Shown piece by piece: positions 1-11,616 of a stretch of DNA of 64,000 nucleotides. Position numbers and translations under genes: made by a program. How positions within the stretch are numbered: the first letter of the stretch is position 1; each line of letters starts with the position of its first letter. Source of the DNA: Thermoleophilia bacterium (GTDB lineage Bacteria > Actinomycetota > Thermoleophilia > Miltoncostaeales > Miltoncostaeaceae); the NCBI GenBank assembly GCA_046330395.1, contig JAXLSS010000008.1, forward strand, positions 40,618 through 104,617, written 5' to 3'. The notes under the pieces are model-generated. The model worked only from the letters and a program-made list of their open reading frames with translations. It made no database searches and had not been told where the DNA came from.

Positions 1-81
1 CTGCTGCGCGGCCGCCACACCGGTGCACACCGAGGTGGTCACCACCGCCGCCAGCGCCGCACGTGCATGCGCTCGCCTCAT
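1..81 (-). CDS. N-terminal fragment of a gene that leaves the window; signal-peptide-like MRRAHARAALAAVVTTSVCTGVAAAQQ
   Basis: ATG on the minus strand (CAT at 79-81), then a basic n-region and a hydrophobic stretch. Divergent from the next gene across an AT-richer spacer. Too short to name. Confidence 0.25.
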   Translation of the reverse strand, partial: MRRAHARAALAAVVTTSVCTGVAAAQQ

Positions 82-120
82 GAAATGTGACACTACAGAA
101 CACCTGTACCATCGGCGTCC

Positions 121-1440
121 ATGTCGGTGTCCCACTCGCCGCTGGAGGTGCTGGAACGGGCCACGCGCGGGCTGCCCGTGCCGCCCGCCGACGTCCGCGC
201 GTTCGTGGTGAGCTGGCTCACCGGCGGCGCCACCGATCCGCAGATGGCGGCGTGGTGCGCCGTGGCTGCCGCCCGCGGGCTGGACGAGGATGCAGTGCGG
301 GCGCTGACCAGCGCCCTCATCGCCTCCGGCGACCGCCTCGATCTGGCGCCCCTCGGCGCGGTGGGCGACCTGCACACCACCGGCGTGGTGGGCGGCTCGG
401 CGGGCCTGGTGGTGCCGCCGCTGGCCGCGGCGCTGGGGGTGCGCGTGGCGGCCATCGCCGACCGCGGCCGCGGGCACGTCGGCGGCGCGGTGGACTCCCT
501 GGAGGCCATCCCGGGCTACCGGGCCCGCCTGGGCCTGGAGGAGTTCGTGGTGCAGGTGCGCGACGTGGGCTGCGCGGTGGTGTCCCAGACCGACCGCCTG
601 GCGCCCGGCGAGGAGCGCCTCGCGGTGCTGCGCGACCAGACCGCCACCATGGACGTGCCGCCGCTGATCGCCGCCACCGTGATGGCGCGGGCCATCGTGG
701 GGGGAGCCAAGGGCGTGGTGGTGGACGTGGCCTGCGGCGACGGCGCCTTCCTGCCCAACCGGGAGGCCGCGGTGCGAGCCGCCGGCCTGATGGTGCGCCT
801 GGCCGAGCCGTGGGACCGCACCGTGCGCTGGGTGGTCACCTCCATGGAGGCCCCCCGAGGGCGCGCCGTGGGCAACGCGCTGGAGGTGCGCGAGGCCGGG
901 CGGGTGCTCAGCGGCGGGGGCGATCCGGACGCCCGCATGGTGGCCGTGGCGCTGGCGGGTGAGCTGGCCGAGGCGGTGGGGGCTGTGCCCGCGGGTGAGG
1001 GCGCCGAGCGCGCCGGGCGGGCGCTGGCCGACGGCACGGCCCTGGCGGCCGCGGAGCGCTGGGTGCAGGCCCAGGGCGGTGATCCCAGCGCGTGGACCGA
1101 GGTGGCCGTCACCCCGCAGGCGCCCCTGCGGCTGGAGGTGCCCGCGCCCCGCTCGGGCGTGCTCACGGCGATGCCGGCCCGGGTGGTGGGCGAGGCGGTG
1201 CGCCGGCTGGGCGCCGGGCGCCTGCACCCCTCCCAGGACGTTGACCACGCCGTGGGCCTGGAGATCCTGGTGGGGGTGGGGGAGCCCGTCACCGCGGGCG
1301 ACCCGGTGGCCATCGTGCACGCCCGCGACGAGTACATGGGCAACGCCTGCGTCACCCAGATCGAGGACTGCCTGCTGATCGGCGACCGGCCGGTCGAGTC
1401 CCAGCCGGCGGTGCTGCTGCGCGACACGGACGCCACCTGA
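121..1440 (+). CDS. deoA: thymidine / pyrimidine-nucleoside phosphorylase
   Basis: 439-aa ORF with family-typical blocks: DPQMAAWCAVAAARGL...LTSALIASG, an LHTTGVVGG loop resembling the HSTGGVGD phosphate loop, and a C-terminal PYNP-type domain. Stop overlaps the mutM start by 1 nt. Confidence 0.85.
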   Translation: MSVSHSPLEVLERATRGLPVPPADVRAFVVSWLTGGATDPQMAAWCAVAAARGLDEDAVRALTSALIASGDRLDLAPLGAVGDLHTTGVVGGSAGLVVPPLAAALGVRVAAIADRGRGHVGGAVDSLEAIPGYRARLGLEEFVVQVRDVGCAVVSQTDRLAPGEERLAVLRDQTATMDVPPLIAATVMARAIVGGAKGVVVDVACGDGAFLPNREAAVRAAGLMVRLAEPWDRTVRWVVTSMEAPRGRAVGNALEVREAGRVLSGGGDPDARMVAVALAGELAEAVGAVPAGEGAERAGRALADGTALAAAERWVQAQGGDPSAWTEVAVTPQAPLRLEVPAPRSGVLTAMPARVVGEAVRRLGAGRLHPSQDVDHAVGLEILVGVGEPVTAGDPVAIVHARDEYMGNACVTQIEDCLLIGDRPVESQPAVLLRDTDAT

Positions 1441-2276
1441 TGCCCGAGCTGCCCGAGGTGGAGACCATCCGCAGCCAGCTGGCCCAGCGCCTGCCCGGCC
1501 TGCGCATCACCCACGCCGAGGTGGTGGACCCGCTGCTCACGCACCCCGAACCGCCGGAGGCCCTGGAGGCCCTGCTGCCAGGCCGGGTGGTCACCGCCCT
1601 GGACCGTCGCGGCAAGTACCTGCTGATCCGCCTGGACGACGGCGACACCCTGGCGGTGCACCTGCGCATGACGGGGCGCCTCCACTGGCGCGACGGCGAG
1701 GTGCCGGAGGGGGAGGAACGGTTCCTCCGGGCGTTCCTGCGGTTTGAGAACGGCGGCACCCTCACCTTCGGTGACCAGCGGCGGTTCGGGCGCATGTGGC
1801 TGATCCCCGTGCACACCGACGAGGCGCGCTACTGGCATGGCCGCGTGGGCCCCGAGCCGCTGGACGACCGCTTCACGGCCCGGGTGCTGGGGGACCGGCT
1901 GCGCGGCCGGCGGGTGGGCATCAAGGCGGCGCTGCTGAACCAGGCGGTGGTGGCGGGGGTGGGCAACATGTACGCCGACGAGGCGCTGTTCCAGGCGGGC
2001 ATCCACCCGCTGCACCCGGCCGGTGAACTCACCGCGGCGCAGGTGGCGCGACTGCACCGCGCGGTGCGCGACCGGCTGCGGGTGGCCATCGCCGCCGGCG
2101 GCGCCAGCATCGACACCTACCGCGACGGCATGGGCAACCGCGGCAGCATGCAGGACCTGCTGCGCGTGCACCTGCACCGGGACGACCCCTGCCCCCGGTG
2201 CGGCACCACCATCATCAAGACCGTGGTGGCCCAGCGCGGCACGTATCTGTGCCCAAGCTGCCAGGTGGCCCCGTGA
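1440..2276 (+). CDS. mutM: formamidopyrimidine-DNA glycosylase
   Basis: Starts MPELPEVETIR (catalytic Pro2/Glu3), has an H2TH region, and ends with the zinc finger CPRCGTTIIKTVVAQRGTYLCPSCQ. Confidence 0.93.
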   Translation: MPELPEVETIRSQLAQRLPGLRITHAEVVDPLLTHPEPPEALEALLPGRVVTALDRRGKYLLIRLDDGDTLAVHLRMTGRLHWRDGEVPEGEERFLRAFLRFENGGTLTFGDQRRFGRMWLIPVHTDEARYWHGRVGPEPLDDRFTARVLGDRLRGRRVGIKAALLNQAVVAGVGNMYADEALFQAGIHPLHPAGELTAAQVARLHRAVRDRLRVAIAAGGASIDTYRDGMGNRGSMQDLLRVHLHRDDPCPRCGTTIIKTVVAQRGTYLCPSCQVAP

Positions 2277-3226
2277 CCCCGTGGCCCCAGGGGTTCCTGG
2301 TGGGCCACCACACCGACGTCGAGGGCGCCACCGGCTGCACCGTCATCCTGCCCCCGCAGGGCACGGTGGCGGTCATGGACGTGCGCGGCGGCGGGGCCAG
2401 CACCATGCACACCGAGCTGCTGGCGGTGGAGTCGCCGTTCGCGGGCATCACCGCCCTGCTGTTCACCGGCGGCAGCGCGCTGGGGCTGGCCGCGGTGGAC
2501 GGCGTGGTGGACTGGTGCGCCGAGCACGGCCTGGGCTACGACGTGGCCGTCACGCGCGTGCCCATCGTGCCGGCCGCGGTGATCTTCGACCTGGGCATCG
2601 GCGGCGGGCCCCGCCGGCCCGGCCCGGAGGCCGGGCGCGCCGCCTGCGAGGCGGCCGTCGAGACGCCCCCCGCCCGGGGATCGGTGGGCGCGGGCACGGG
2701 CGCCACGGTGGGCAAGCTGTTCGGCCAGGCCGGCTGGTGCAAGGGCGGGGTGGGTCTGGCCAGCGCCACGGGCCGCGACGGGGTCACCACCGCCGTGCTG
2801 GTGGTGGTGAACGCGTTCGGCGATGTGCTGGACGAGACCAATCAGGTGCTGGCGGGGGCCTGGCGCGACGGCGAGGGCTTCGTGGACGCCCGCCGGGCGG
2901 TGACCGAGATCATCCCCGCGCACCCGCGGATCCCCGACATCACCAACACCACCCTGGCGGTGGCCATGACCGACGCGGCGCTCACCAAGCCGGAGGCCGC
3001 GCAGGTGGCGCGCATGGTGTCCTCGGGCGTGGCGCGCGCGGTGGTGCCCGTGCACACGCCCATCGACGGCGACGTGTCGTTCACCCTGGCCGGCGGCCAG
3101 CGGCCCACCAGCGCCTTCGCGGTGGGCATGGTGGCGGCCACCCTCACGGAGACGGCCATCCGCGACGCCGTGCGCAGCGCCACGGCCGTCCGGGGCGTGC
3201 CCACGGGGGCCGACCGCCGGGGCTGA
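2273..3226 (+). CDS. P1 (S58/DmpA) family aminopeptidase
   Basis: GTG at 2273 overlaps the mutM stop (GTGA). VGHHTDVEGATGCTVILPP, GGGAST and TGGSALGLAAVDGV blocks are typical of the DmpA/L-aminopeptidase fold. ORF-track start 2198 lies inside mutM and was trimmed. Confidence 0.78.
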   Translation: MTPWPQGFLVGHHTDVEGATGCTVILPPQGTVAVMDVRGGGASTMHTELLAVESPFAGITALLFTGGSALGLAAVDGVVDWCAEHGLGYDVAVTRVPIVPAAVIFDLGIGGGPRRPGPEAGRAACEAAVETPPARGSVGAGTGATVGKLFGQAGWCKGGVGLASATGRDGVTTAVLVVVNAFGDVLDETNQVLAGAWRDGEGFVDARRAVTEIIPAHPRIPDITNTTLAVAMTDAALTKPEAAQVARMVSSGVARAVVPVHTPIDGDVSFTLAGGQRPTSAFAVGMVAATLTETAIRDAVRSATAVRGVPTGADRRG

Positions 3227-3251
3227 CCCGTGGCGGCCGGCGTGCGGGCGG

Positions 3252-3509
3252 TTAGGAGCGGCCCAGCAGGGGGTCCAGCTCGCCGCGCTGGTCCATGGCG
3301 GCGATGTCGTCGTAGCCGCCGATGGGCGTGCCGTCGACGATGATCTGCGGCACCGTCATGCGGCCCGTGAGGTCCACGAGGGCCTGGCGGCTCTCGGGTG
3401 TGAGGTCCAGCATGTGCTCCTCGTACTGCACGCCCTTGGCGTCCAGCATGCGCTTGGCGCGGATGCAGTAGGGGCAGACGCGTGATGTGTAGATCTCAAT
3501 GTGTGGCAT
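3252..3509 (-). CDS. grxC: glutaredoxin (Grx3-type)
   Basis: 85 aa: MPHIEIYTSRVCPYCIRAKRMLD with the CPYC active site, TVPQIIVDG and GGYDD motifs. Confidence 0.9.
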   Translation of the reverse strand: MPHIEIYTSRVCPYCIRAKRMLDAKGVQYEEHMLDLTPESRQALVDLTGRMTVPQIIVDGTPIGGYDDIAAMDQRGELDPLLGRS

Positions 3510-5058
3510 ACCCCGGAGGGTATCAGCCGTCAGGGGGTCCGCGAAGCGGCGCTAAGGTACGCGTTATGGGCCACCCCGCGATGTCGGCCGACGAGGTGCG
3601 GGACCGTCTGGTGCCCAGCATCCTCGATCCTGATCGCGGCTGACCCATCGTGCGGTGACCTCGGACCATCGGGTGGTTCCACGTCTCGCCGGCGGCGGTG
3701 GCGAGGTCGGCCTCGCGCTGATGGTGGCGCTCGCAACCGGACCGGCCACTCGCGCGCTGGCGGATGCACTGCCGGACCGTTTCGAGGCTCACGGGGGTGC
3801 GTGCCGGAGTCTGGTGGCCGGGCCTTGCGGTCGACGATAGCCTGCACGACCACCCGATCATCTGGGTGAAGTCCGGCGGCGAGGCGGCCGCGGAACGCCG
3901 TCTGGTCGCCATGGTAACGAACACATCGAGGACGCCGCGCGTCTTTATCGGGGCGACCAGGTTGTGGGGACTGTCGTGTCCGGGACGAAGGGCGGCCGTC
4001 GATCTGGGGGCTTCTGGCACCGCCTACGAGCATCGCAACTATCTGGTGCCCGGGCAGGTGGAGCCTGCGGAGGTCGTTCGCAGGGCAGCGGTCACCGCCC
4101 TGGTGGGGGAGGTCACCGACGACCAAGTGCGACTGGATGTGGGCGCGTTCATTGGGGATCCGTGGGTGAATGCTGCCGAGCAGGCACGGTGACGTCGTCC
4201 GAGGCCGCTTCGTGCGGCGCAATGCCAACGGGGCTGCTGGTGGAGCTGTTGCCCGGGGTACGGGGCGTGTCCGCCCGGTAGGCGCCAGAACGCCGCAGCC
4301 TCGGATCTGGAGGCCCGGCAGGTGGCGGCGTTCCGCCCGTGGGCATCGATGTGAAGGCGCGCGGCCGACCTGTCGCTGATCGATGCGCCCGCCGGGACCA
4401 CGGGGGCTGTGCCGCTGCGGCGCTGGAGGCGGGCCGGTGTTCCTGGCTGAGGCGATGAGGACATTGAGGGTGTCGAACGGCGAGCGCCTGCGGGGCGGGT
4501 GCGCGACTGAGCGCAGCTGGAAGCGATGGGCACCAGTTGCGGGCGGCCGACGAGCTCGCGAAGCGATTGCGCCGCAGTTGCGCCAGACGCCGCGATGAGC
4601 AGGCTCGCCGTAACAACGTCGCGCAGCATGAGGCCGACCCGGCGCGTGATGGCGAACTGGCCATCATTTGTGGCGGCGCTGGCTGTAGCCCACGAGGCGC
4701 TGTACCCGGAGCACGACAGGCTGGCGTATCCGCTCGGCCAGGTTCGATTGGGCGACCGCTTCCTGGAGACGGTGCGTGACCTAGAGGGCATCAAGCTGCA
4801 AGATCGTGGACGCGTGCGTCCACGTTGCCGCCAACCGGGCATGAGATCGCAGGGCTCGAGCTGCACCAGCTGCACACCGGGCCGGGGGCGCCCCCCAGCT
4901 GGCGCGCGACGACGGCGCGCGGGCGTGCAAGGCTCGTTGCAGGTCCACGTAAGTCGGCACGTCGGATGCACTTCTGGGTGCGTTGCGCGGCACCGAGGGC
5001 TGGGTGGTCGAGTTCGATTCGGTGCACGTTCACGACGCCGAGATCAGGTAGACGAACC

Positions 5059-5756
5059 ATGTCCACCTTCGACGCCGACGCCGTGGTGCTGCGCACCATC
5101 CGCTACGGCAGGCCGATGCGGTGCTGTCGCTCCGCACGCTGGAGCGGGGTCGCGTGTCGGCCATCGCCAGGGCGCGCAAGGCCACCTCCAGGCTGGGCCG
5201 TTCAGCGTGCACGTGCAGCTGCAGCTGCACGAGGGCCGGGGGGACATGTGCACTGTCCGCGGCGCCTCGGTTCGCGAAGGCCCCGCAGGGCTCGGTGGAG
5301 GGCTACGCCTGGCGGCCGCCGGCTGCCTGCTGGAGACTGTGCTGCGCACCACGCCCGAGCACGAACCCAACCCGCTCCGTGTTCCATCTGCTGTGCCGCG
5401 CCCTGGAACTGCTCACCGGCGTGCCGCCCCGGCCAGCCCCCGCGGCTTGACCCGTGGTGCTGGTTGCCGCGAAGCTGCTGGTGATCAACGGCCTGCTGCC
5501 GCGCATGGGGGCGCCGGGGCGGCGCCGGCCGCCGCTGGTGGGGCTTCTCGCGCGGGCGGGCGGGGCGCTGTGCCTGAGTGCGCACGGGGCGGCGAGCCCC
5601 GAGCCTGGTGGTGCTGGCCGCGTTCGCGGCGCTGGTGGGGCGGCCCCTGGCCGAGGCCGACGCCTGCCCGGCAGCGGCCGCCCTGGGTGGAGCGGGTGGT
5701 GCCTGGTGCTGGCCGAGCACCTGGGGGTGCGGCTGCGCTCGGCCACCCCGGTATGA
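5059..5756 (+). pseudogene. recO: DNA repair protein RecO, broken by at least 5 frameshifts (probably sequence error)
   Basis: MSTFDADAVVLRTIRYG starts at ATG 5059. It continues in other frames as LSLRTLERGRVSAIA, FSVHVQLQLHEGRGDMCTVRGASV...LLETVLRTTPEHEPNP, VFHLLCRALELLTG and VVLVAAKLLVINGLLP. The C-terminus LAEHLGVRLRSATPV stops at 5756. Confidence 0.8.
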
Positions 5757-5891
5757 CCCCGCTGCCGCAGACGGGTGTCACCGGCTGACGGCCGGGCCGC
5801 CGACGGGCCCTGACCGGCGATTGCGGGCCGGTATGCTGCCCGCGCCGAGCACCCGGAGGAGGACCGTTGTGATCAGAGCTGAGGCGGCCCT

Positions 5892-6753
<862 letters not shown>

Positions 6754-6761
<8 letters not shown>

Positions 6762-8847
6762 CCTGCTCATCGAGATCGGCTGCGAGGAGCTGCCCGCCTC
6801 GGCGTGCCGCGAGGCCATCGCCCAGGTACCCGGGCTGATGACCCAGGCGCTCGCGGCGGCGCGGCTGCCCGAGCGCGAGCCCACCGTGATGGTGGCGCCC
6901 CGGCGCATCGCGGTGTTCGTGCCCGACCTTCCCGAGGCCCGCGACGGGCGCACCGTGGAGGTGCGCGGCCCCGCCGAGCAGGCCGCCCTGGACGCCGACG
7001 GCAACCACACCAAGGCCGCTGAAGGCTTCGCCCGGGCGCAGGGCGTGGAGGCCAAGGACCTGGTGCTGCGCGAGGACGGCGGCCGCCGCTACGTGTTCGC
7101 CGTGCGGCAGGAGCCCGCCGCCGACACCGCCGAGCTGATGCCCGAGCTGGCCCGCGCGGTGCTGGAGGGCATCCGCTTTGGCAAGAACATGCGCTGGGGT
7201 GACGGCGAGGGCCTGCGGTTCAGCCGCCCCGTGCGGTGGCTGGTGGCCAAGCTGGGCTCGCGCACCGTGGAGTTCGAGCTGCAGGGCCTGCGGGCCGGCG
7301 GCACCAGCCGCGGGCACCGGTTCCTGGGCGGCCCGGCGGAGATCGCCGACGCCGCCGGCTACCGCGAGGCGCTGCGCGCGCAGGCGGTGGTGGCCGACCA
7401 CGCCGAGCGCCGCACCGAGATCGTGGACGGCCTCGACCGCGAGGCCCGGCGGCTGGGCGTGGAGTGGAGCGACCCGGGCGGCAAGCTGGAGGAGGTGCTG
7501 TTCCTGGTGGAGCGGCCCGGCATCCTGGTGGGCGACATCAAGCCCGAGCACCTGCGGCTGCCAGAGCGCGTGCTCATCACCGCAATGCAGAGCCACCAGC
7601 GGTACTTCCCGCTGCGCGCCGCCGACGGCACGCTGCAACCGCGCTTCCTGTCGGTGAGCAACGGCGATCCCGCGCACGGTGAGGTGATCGCGCACGGCAA
7701 CGCCAGCGTGCTGGACGCCCGCCTGCAGGACGCCGCGTTCAGCTTCGACCGCGACCGCGAGGCCGGCCTGCCGGCCCTCAACCAGCGGCTGGCCACCATC
7801 GTGTTCCACAAACGCCTGGGCACCATGGCCGACAAGCGCGACCGCCTGGAGGCCCTGGCCTTCCGCATCGCGGCCGACACCGGGCTGGACGCCGTCACCA
7901 TCGACCACGCCGTCAAGGCCGCATCGCTGGCCAAGGCCGACCAGGGCGCGGTGCTGGTGGCCGAGTTCAGCGACCTGCAGGGCGAGGTGGCCGCGGTGTA
8001 CGCAGAGCTCGATGGGGTGCCCGCCGATGTGTGCGCCGCGGTGCGGGAGCACTATCTGCCGGAGGGCCCCGACTCGCCGCTGCCCAGCGGTCCCGCAGGT
8101 GCGGTGGTGGCCCTGGCCGAGAAGCTGGACAACCTCACCGGGGCGTTCCTGGTGAACGAGGTGCCGAGCGGGTCGAAGGATCCGTACGCCCTGCGGCGCG
8201 CCGCCGCCGGGGTGGTTCGGCTGCTGCTGGACCGCGGCTGGGACACGCCACACGCCCCCTGGCTGTCCACCGCGGCGGAGGGGTTCCGCGGGCAGGGCGC
8301 CAACCTGGAACTGGACGACGCCACCGCCATCGGCAACCTGGAGGCCTTCATCGGCGACCGCCTGGCCTACACGCTGGCCGAGGAGGGCGTGGGTGCCGAG
8401 GCCAGCGCCGCGGCGCAGGGCGCCGGCCTGTCCAGCCTGGTGCGGGTGGCCGGCTGGGCGCGCGCCATCCAGGCCGCGCGCGGCACGGAGGCCTTCACGC
8501 ACGCATGGACCGCGTGCACACGACTGGTCAAGATCGGGGCCCGCGCTGAGGACCCCGGTGTGCGCTTCGCGTCGGTTGGCGACGCGGGCGAGGACGCCCT
8601 GGCCGCCGCGCTCGCGGCCGCCCGGGCCGGGATCGAGGAGGGCCGCGCCGCGGGAAGCTTCACCGCGGCCCTCGACGCCGCACGGCCGCTGGCCGACGCG
8701 GTGGACCGTTTCTTCACGGACGTGCTGGTGAACGCCGACGACCCGGCGGTGCGAGCGCGTCGATACGCATTGGTGAACGAGGCCGCGGCGGTGCTGCTGC
8801 GCGTGGCCGACTTCACGAAAGTGACCGATCAAGGGGGCGAACGGTGA
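6754..8847 (+). CDS. glyS: glycine--tRNA ligase beta subunit
   Basis: ATG 6754 overlaps the glyQ stop (ATGCCTGA). [17 protein letters not shown]-terminus, [10 protein letters not shown] and HQRYFPL blocks. ORF-track start 6697 trimmed. Confidence 0.93.
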
Positions 8848-11525
8848 GCACGGTGGCCACGAAGCGGGTGTATGACTTCTCCGAGGGCTCCCGGGACATG
8901 AAGGACACGTTGGGCGGGAAGGGCGCGAACGTCGCCGAGATGACCCGCCTGGGGGTGCCGGTGCCACAGGGGTTCACCATCACCACCTCCACGTGCATCG
9001 ACTACCTCAACAACGAGCACCGGTTCCCCGACGGCCTGGCCGACGAGGTCACCCAGCACCTCGCGAACCTGGAGGCGTTCGCCGGCAAGAAGCTGGGTGA
9101 TCCCACCGACCCGCTCCTGGTGTCGGTACGCAGCGGCGCCAAGTTCTCGATGCCGGGCATGATGGACACCGTCCTCAACCTGGGCATGAACGACGCCTCG
9201 GTGGAGGGCATGGCGGCCCGCACGGGCAACCCCCGGTTCGCATACGACTCCTACCGCCGCTTCATCCAGATGTACGGCGACGTGGTGGCCGAGGTGGAGC
9301 GGGCCCTGTTCGAGGAGGCCCTCACCGCGATGAAGACGGCGCGCGGGGTGAGCGCCGACGTGGACCTCACCGCCGACGACCTGCGCGAGCTGGTGGGCCA
9401 GTACAAGGACATCTTCCGGCAGCACAAGGGCGAGGACTTCCCGCAGGACCCGCGCGCGCAGCTGGACGGCGCCATCCGCGCGGTGTTCGAGAGCTGGGAC
9501 AACAAGCGCGCCCGCGACTACCGCCGGGTCAACCGCATCCCGCACGAGCTGGGCACCGCGGTGAACGTGCAGCAGATGGTGTTCGGCAACACGGGCCCCA
9601 AGTCGGCCACCGGCGTGGCGTTCACGCGCAACAACACCACCGGCGAGCACGACGAGCCGTTCGGCGAGTTCCTGGTGAACGCGCAGGGCGAGGACGTGGT
9701 GGCGGGCATCCGCACCCCCGACCCGCTGCCCGAGCTGGCCAACCACCTGCCCGAGGCGTACGACAAGCTGGTCCAGACGATGGCCATGCTGGAGAAGACC
9801 TACAAGAACATGCAGGACGTGGAGTTCACCATCGAGGATGGCCAGCTCTACATGCTGCAGACGCGCAACGGCAAGCGCAGCGCGCAGGCCATGGCCCGCA
9901 TCGCGGTGGACATGGTGGATGAGGGCCTGGTGACCCCCGAGGAGTCCATGCAGACCCTGGTGGACGCCGGTCAGGTGCGCCAGCTGCTGCTGCCCCAGCT
10001 GGACGCCGAGAACGCGCCCCCGGCCGTCGCCACCGGCGTGGCCGCCAGCCCCGGCGCCGCCTGCGGCCAGGTGGTGTTCGACGCCGACGAGGCCGAGACC
10101 CTGGGCAAGGCCGGCACGCCGGTGATCCTGGTGCGCGACGAGACCACCCCGGACGACTTCCACGGCATGGTGGCCGCCCAGGGCATCCTCACCGCCCGCG
10201 GGGGCAAGACCAGCCACGCCGCCATCGTGGCGGTGGGCATGGGCACCCCGGCCGTCACGGGTGTCAGTGCCATCCACGTGGACGAGGCCGCGGGTGTGGC
10301 CACCGTGGGCGACCAGACCCTCAAGGCCGGCGACACCGTCACCATCGACGGGACGACGGGCAGGGTGTACATCGGCGCGGCGCCGCTGCTGCCCGCCGAC
10401 CCGCACAACCCATACCTGGAGCGCATCCTGGGCTGGGCCGACCAGCACCGGGACCTCAACATCCGCACCAACGCCGACACCCCCGAGGACGCCGAGCGCG
10501 CCCGGGAGTTCGGGGCCGAGGGCATCGGTCTGTGCCGCACCGAGCACATGTTCGGCGGCGACGAGCGGCTGCCCATCGTGCGGGACATGATCATGGCCGA
10601 CAACCACGACGACCTGGTGGCCGCGCTGGACAAGCTGCGCGTGTTCCAGGAGGACGACTTCGTGGGCATCTTCCGGGCCATGGCGGGCTTGCCGGTGACC
10701 ATCCGCCTGCTGGACCCGCCGCTGCACGAGTTCCTGCCCGACCACACCGAGCTGCGGCTGCGGCTGGAGCGCGCGGAGCTCACCGGCACCTCCGACCCGG
10801 AGGCCGCCGAGCAGCTGCCCAAGGTGGAGAAGCTGATGGAGGTCAACCCGATGCTGGGCACCCGCGGGTGCCGCCTGGGCATCGAGATCCCCGACCTCTA
10901 CCGCATGCAGGTGGCGGCCATCATGAACGCGGCCTGCCGGGTGAAGAAGGAGTCCGGCCAGGCGCCGCTGGTGGAGATCATGATCCCCCTCGTGGGCTTC
11001 GAGGAGGAGCTGCGCCTCATGCGCCAGGAGACCATCGACGTCTGCGAGACCGTGCTGCGCGAGCAGAACGAGACCCTGGACTACATGGTGGGCACCATGA
11101 TCGAGCTGCCCCGGGCCGCCCTGGTGGCCGACGAGATCGCCCGCCAGGCCGACTTCTTCTCGTTCGGCACCAACGACCTCACCCAGACCACCCTCGGGTT
11201 CTCCCGCGACGACGCCGAGACCAAGTTCCTGGCGCGCTACCTGGAGCAGGGCGTGGTGCTGGTGAACCCGTTCGAGCACGTGGACGTGGCGGGCGTGGGG
11301 GCCCTGGTGCGCATCGCCAAGGACAAGGCCCGCGCCGTCAAGCCCGACATCAAGCTGGGCGTGTGCGGTGAGCACGGAGGAGACCCGGACAGCATCCGGT
11401 TCTTCGACTCGGTGGGCATGAACTACGTGTCCTGCTCGCCGTTCCGCGTGCAGACGGCGCGCATCGCGGCCGCCCAGGCGGCCCTGGATCGCAAGGCCGG
11501 CACGGCCGCCAGCTCGGCCGCGTAA
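8844..11525 (+). CDS. ppdK: pyruvate, phosphate dikinase
   Basis: 893 aa. LGGKGANVAEM ATP-grasp N-terminus, GGKTSHAAIVA phosphohistidine motif, and a C-terminal PEP-utilising TIM barrel (GLCRTEHMF, FFSFGTNDLTQ). GTG start overlaps the glyS stop (GTGA). Confidence 0.95.
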   Translation: MSTVATKRVYDFSEGSRDMKDTLGGKGANVAEMTRLGVPVPQGFTITTSTCIDYLNNEHRFPDGLADEVTQHLANLEAFAGKKLGDPTDPLLVSVRSGAKFSMPGMMDTVLNLGMNDASVEGMAARTGNPRFAYDSYRRFIQMYGDVVAEVERALFEEALTAMKTARGVSADVDLTADDLRELVGQYKDIFRQHKGEDFPQDPRAQLDGAIRAVFESWDNKRARDYRRVNRIPHELGTAVNVQQMVFGNTGPKSATGVAFTRNNTTGEHDEPFGEFLVNAQGEDVVAGIRTPDPLPELANHLPEAYDKLVQTMAMLEKTYKNMQDVEFTIEDGQLYMLQTRNGKRSAQAMARIAVDMVDEGLVTPEESMQTLVDAGQVRQLLLPQLDAENAPPAVATGVAASPGAACGQVVFDADEAETLGKAGTPVILVRDETTPDDFHGMVAAQGILTARGGKTSHAAIVAVGMGTPAVTGVSAIHVDEAAGVATVGDQTLKAGDTVTIDGTTGRVYIGAAPLLPADPHNPYLERILGWADQHRDLNIRTNADTPEDAERAREFGAEGIGLCRTEHMFGGDERLPIVRDMIMADNHDDLVAALDKLRVFQEDDFVGIFRAMAGLPVTIRLLDPPLHEFLPDHTELRLRLERAELTGTSDPEAAEQLPKVEKLMEVNPMLGTRGCRLGIEIPDLYRMQVAAIMNAACRVKKESGQAPLVEIMIPLVGFEEELRLMRQETIDVCETVLREQNETLDYMVGTMIELPRAALVADEIARQADFFSFGTNDLTQTTLGFSRDDAETKFLARYLEQGVVLVNPFEHVDVAGVGALVRIAKDKARAVKPDIKLGVCGEHGGDPDSIRFFDSVGMNYVSCSPFRVQTARIAAAQAALDRKAGTAASSAA

Positions 11526-11539
11526 ACCGCACCAAACCG

Positions 11540-11581
11540 CCGGATGGCGGGCGGAACCACCACAGTTCCCTCGCCATCCGG
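11540..11581 (+). terminator. stem-loop downstream of ppdK (terminator-like, no U tract)
   Basis: CCGGATGGCG (11540-11549) pairs perfectly with CGCCATCCGG (11572-11581). An inner GGAAC/GTTCC pairing extends the stem. Starts 15 nt after the ppdK stop. Confidence 0.4.
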
Positions 11582-11616
11582 TTCAAGGCCCACGGCACGA
11601 GGCCGATACGCGTGCC

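Noticed and set aside
516-2177. Long antisense or out-of-frame ORFs throughout the window, for example 516..2177(-), 6658..8967(-), 8829..11375(-), 12562..14217(-), 17657..19078(+), 35948..37999(+), 41541..42926(-) and 42691..44124(-)
   Set aside because: They are Arg/Ala/Gly/Pro/His-rich with no motifs, and they lie opposite or out of frame to genes with unmistakable family signatures. Stop-poor shadow ORFs of this kind are expected in very GC-rich DNA.
3523-4800. Possible HNH-like (CERHH) or HEPN-like (RRNNVAQH) motifs in the unresolved stretch
   Set aside because: These are isolated short matches in different frames with no surrounding family context. They are indistinguishable from chance in scrambled sequence.
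5757-5891. T-box riboswitch leader upstream of glyQS, as in Firmicutes
   Set aside because: Only about 135 nt are available, and I see no T-box consensus or specifier-loop architecture. This needs an Rfam scan to exclude formally.
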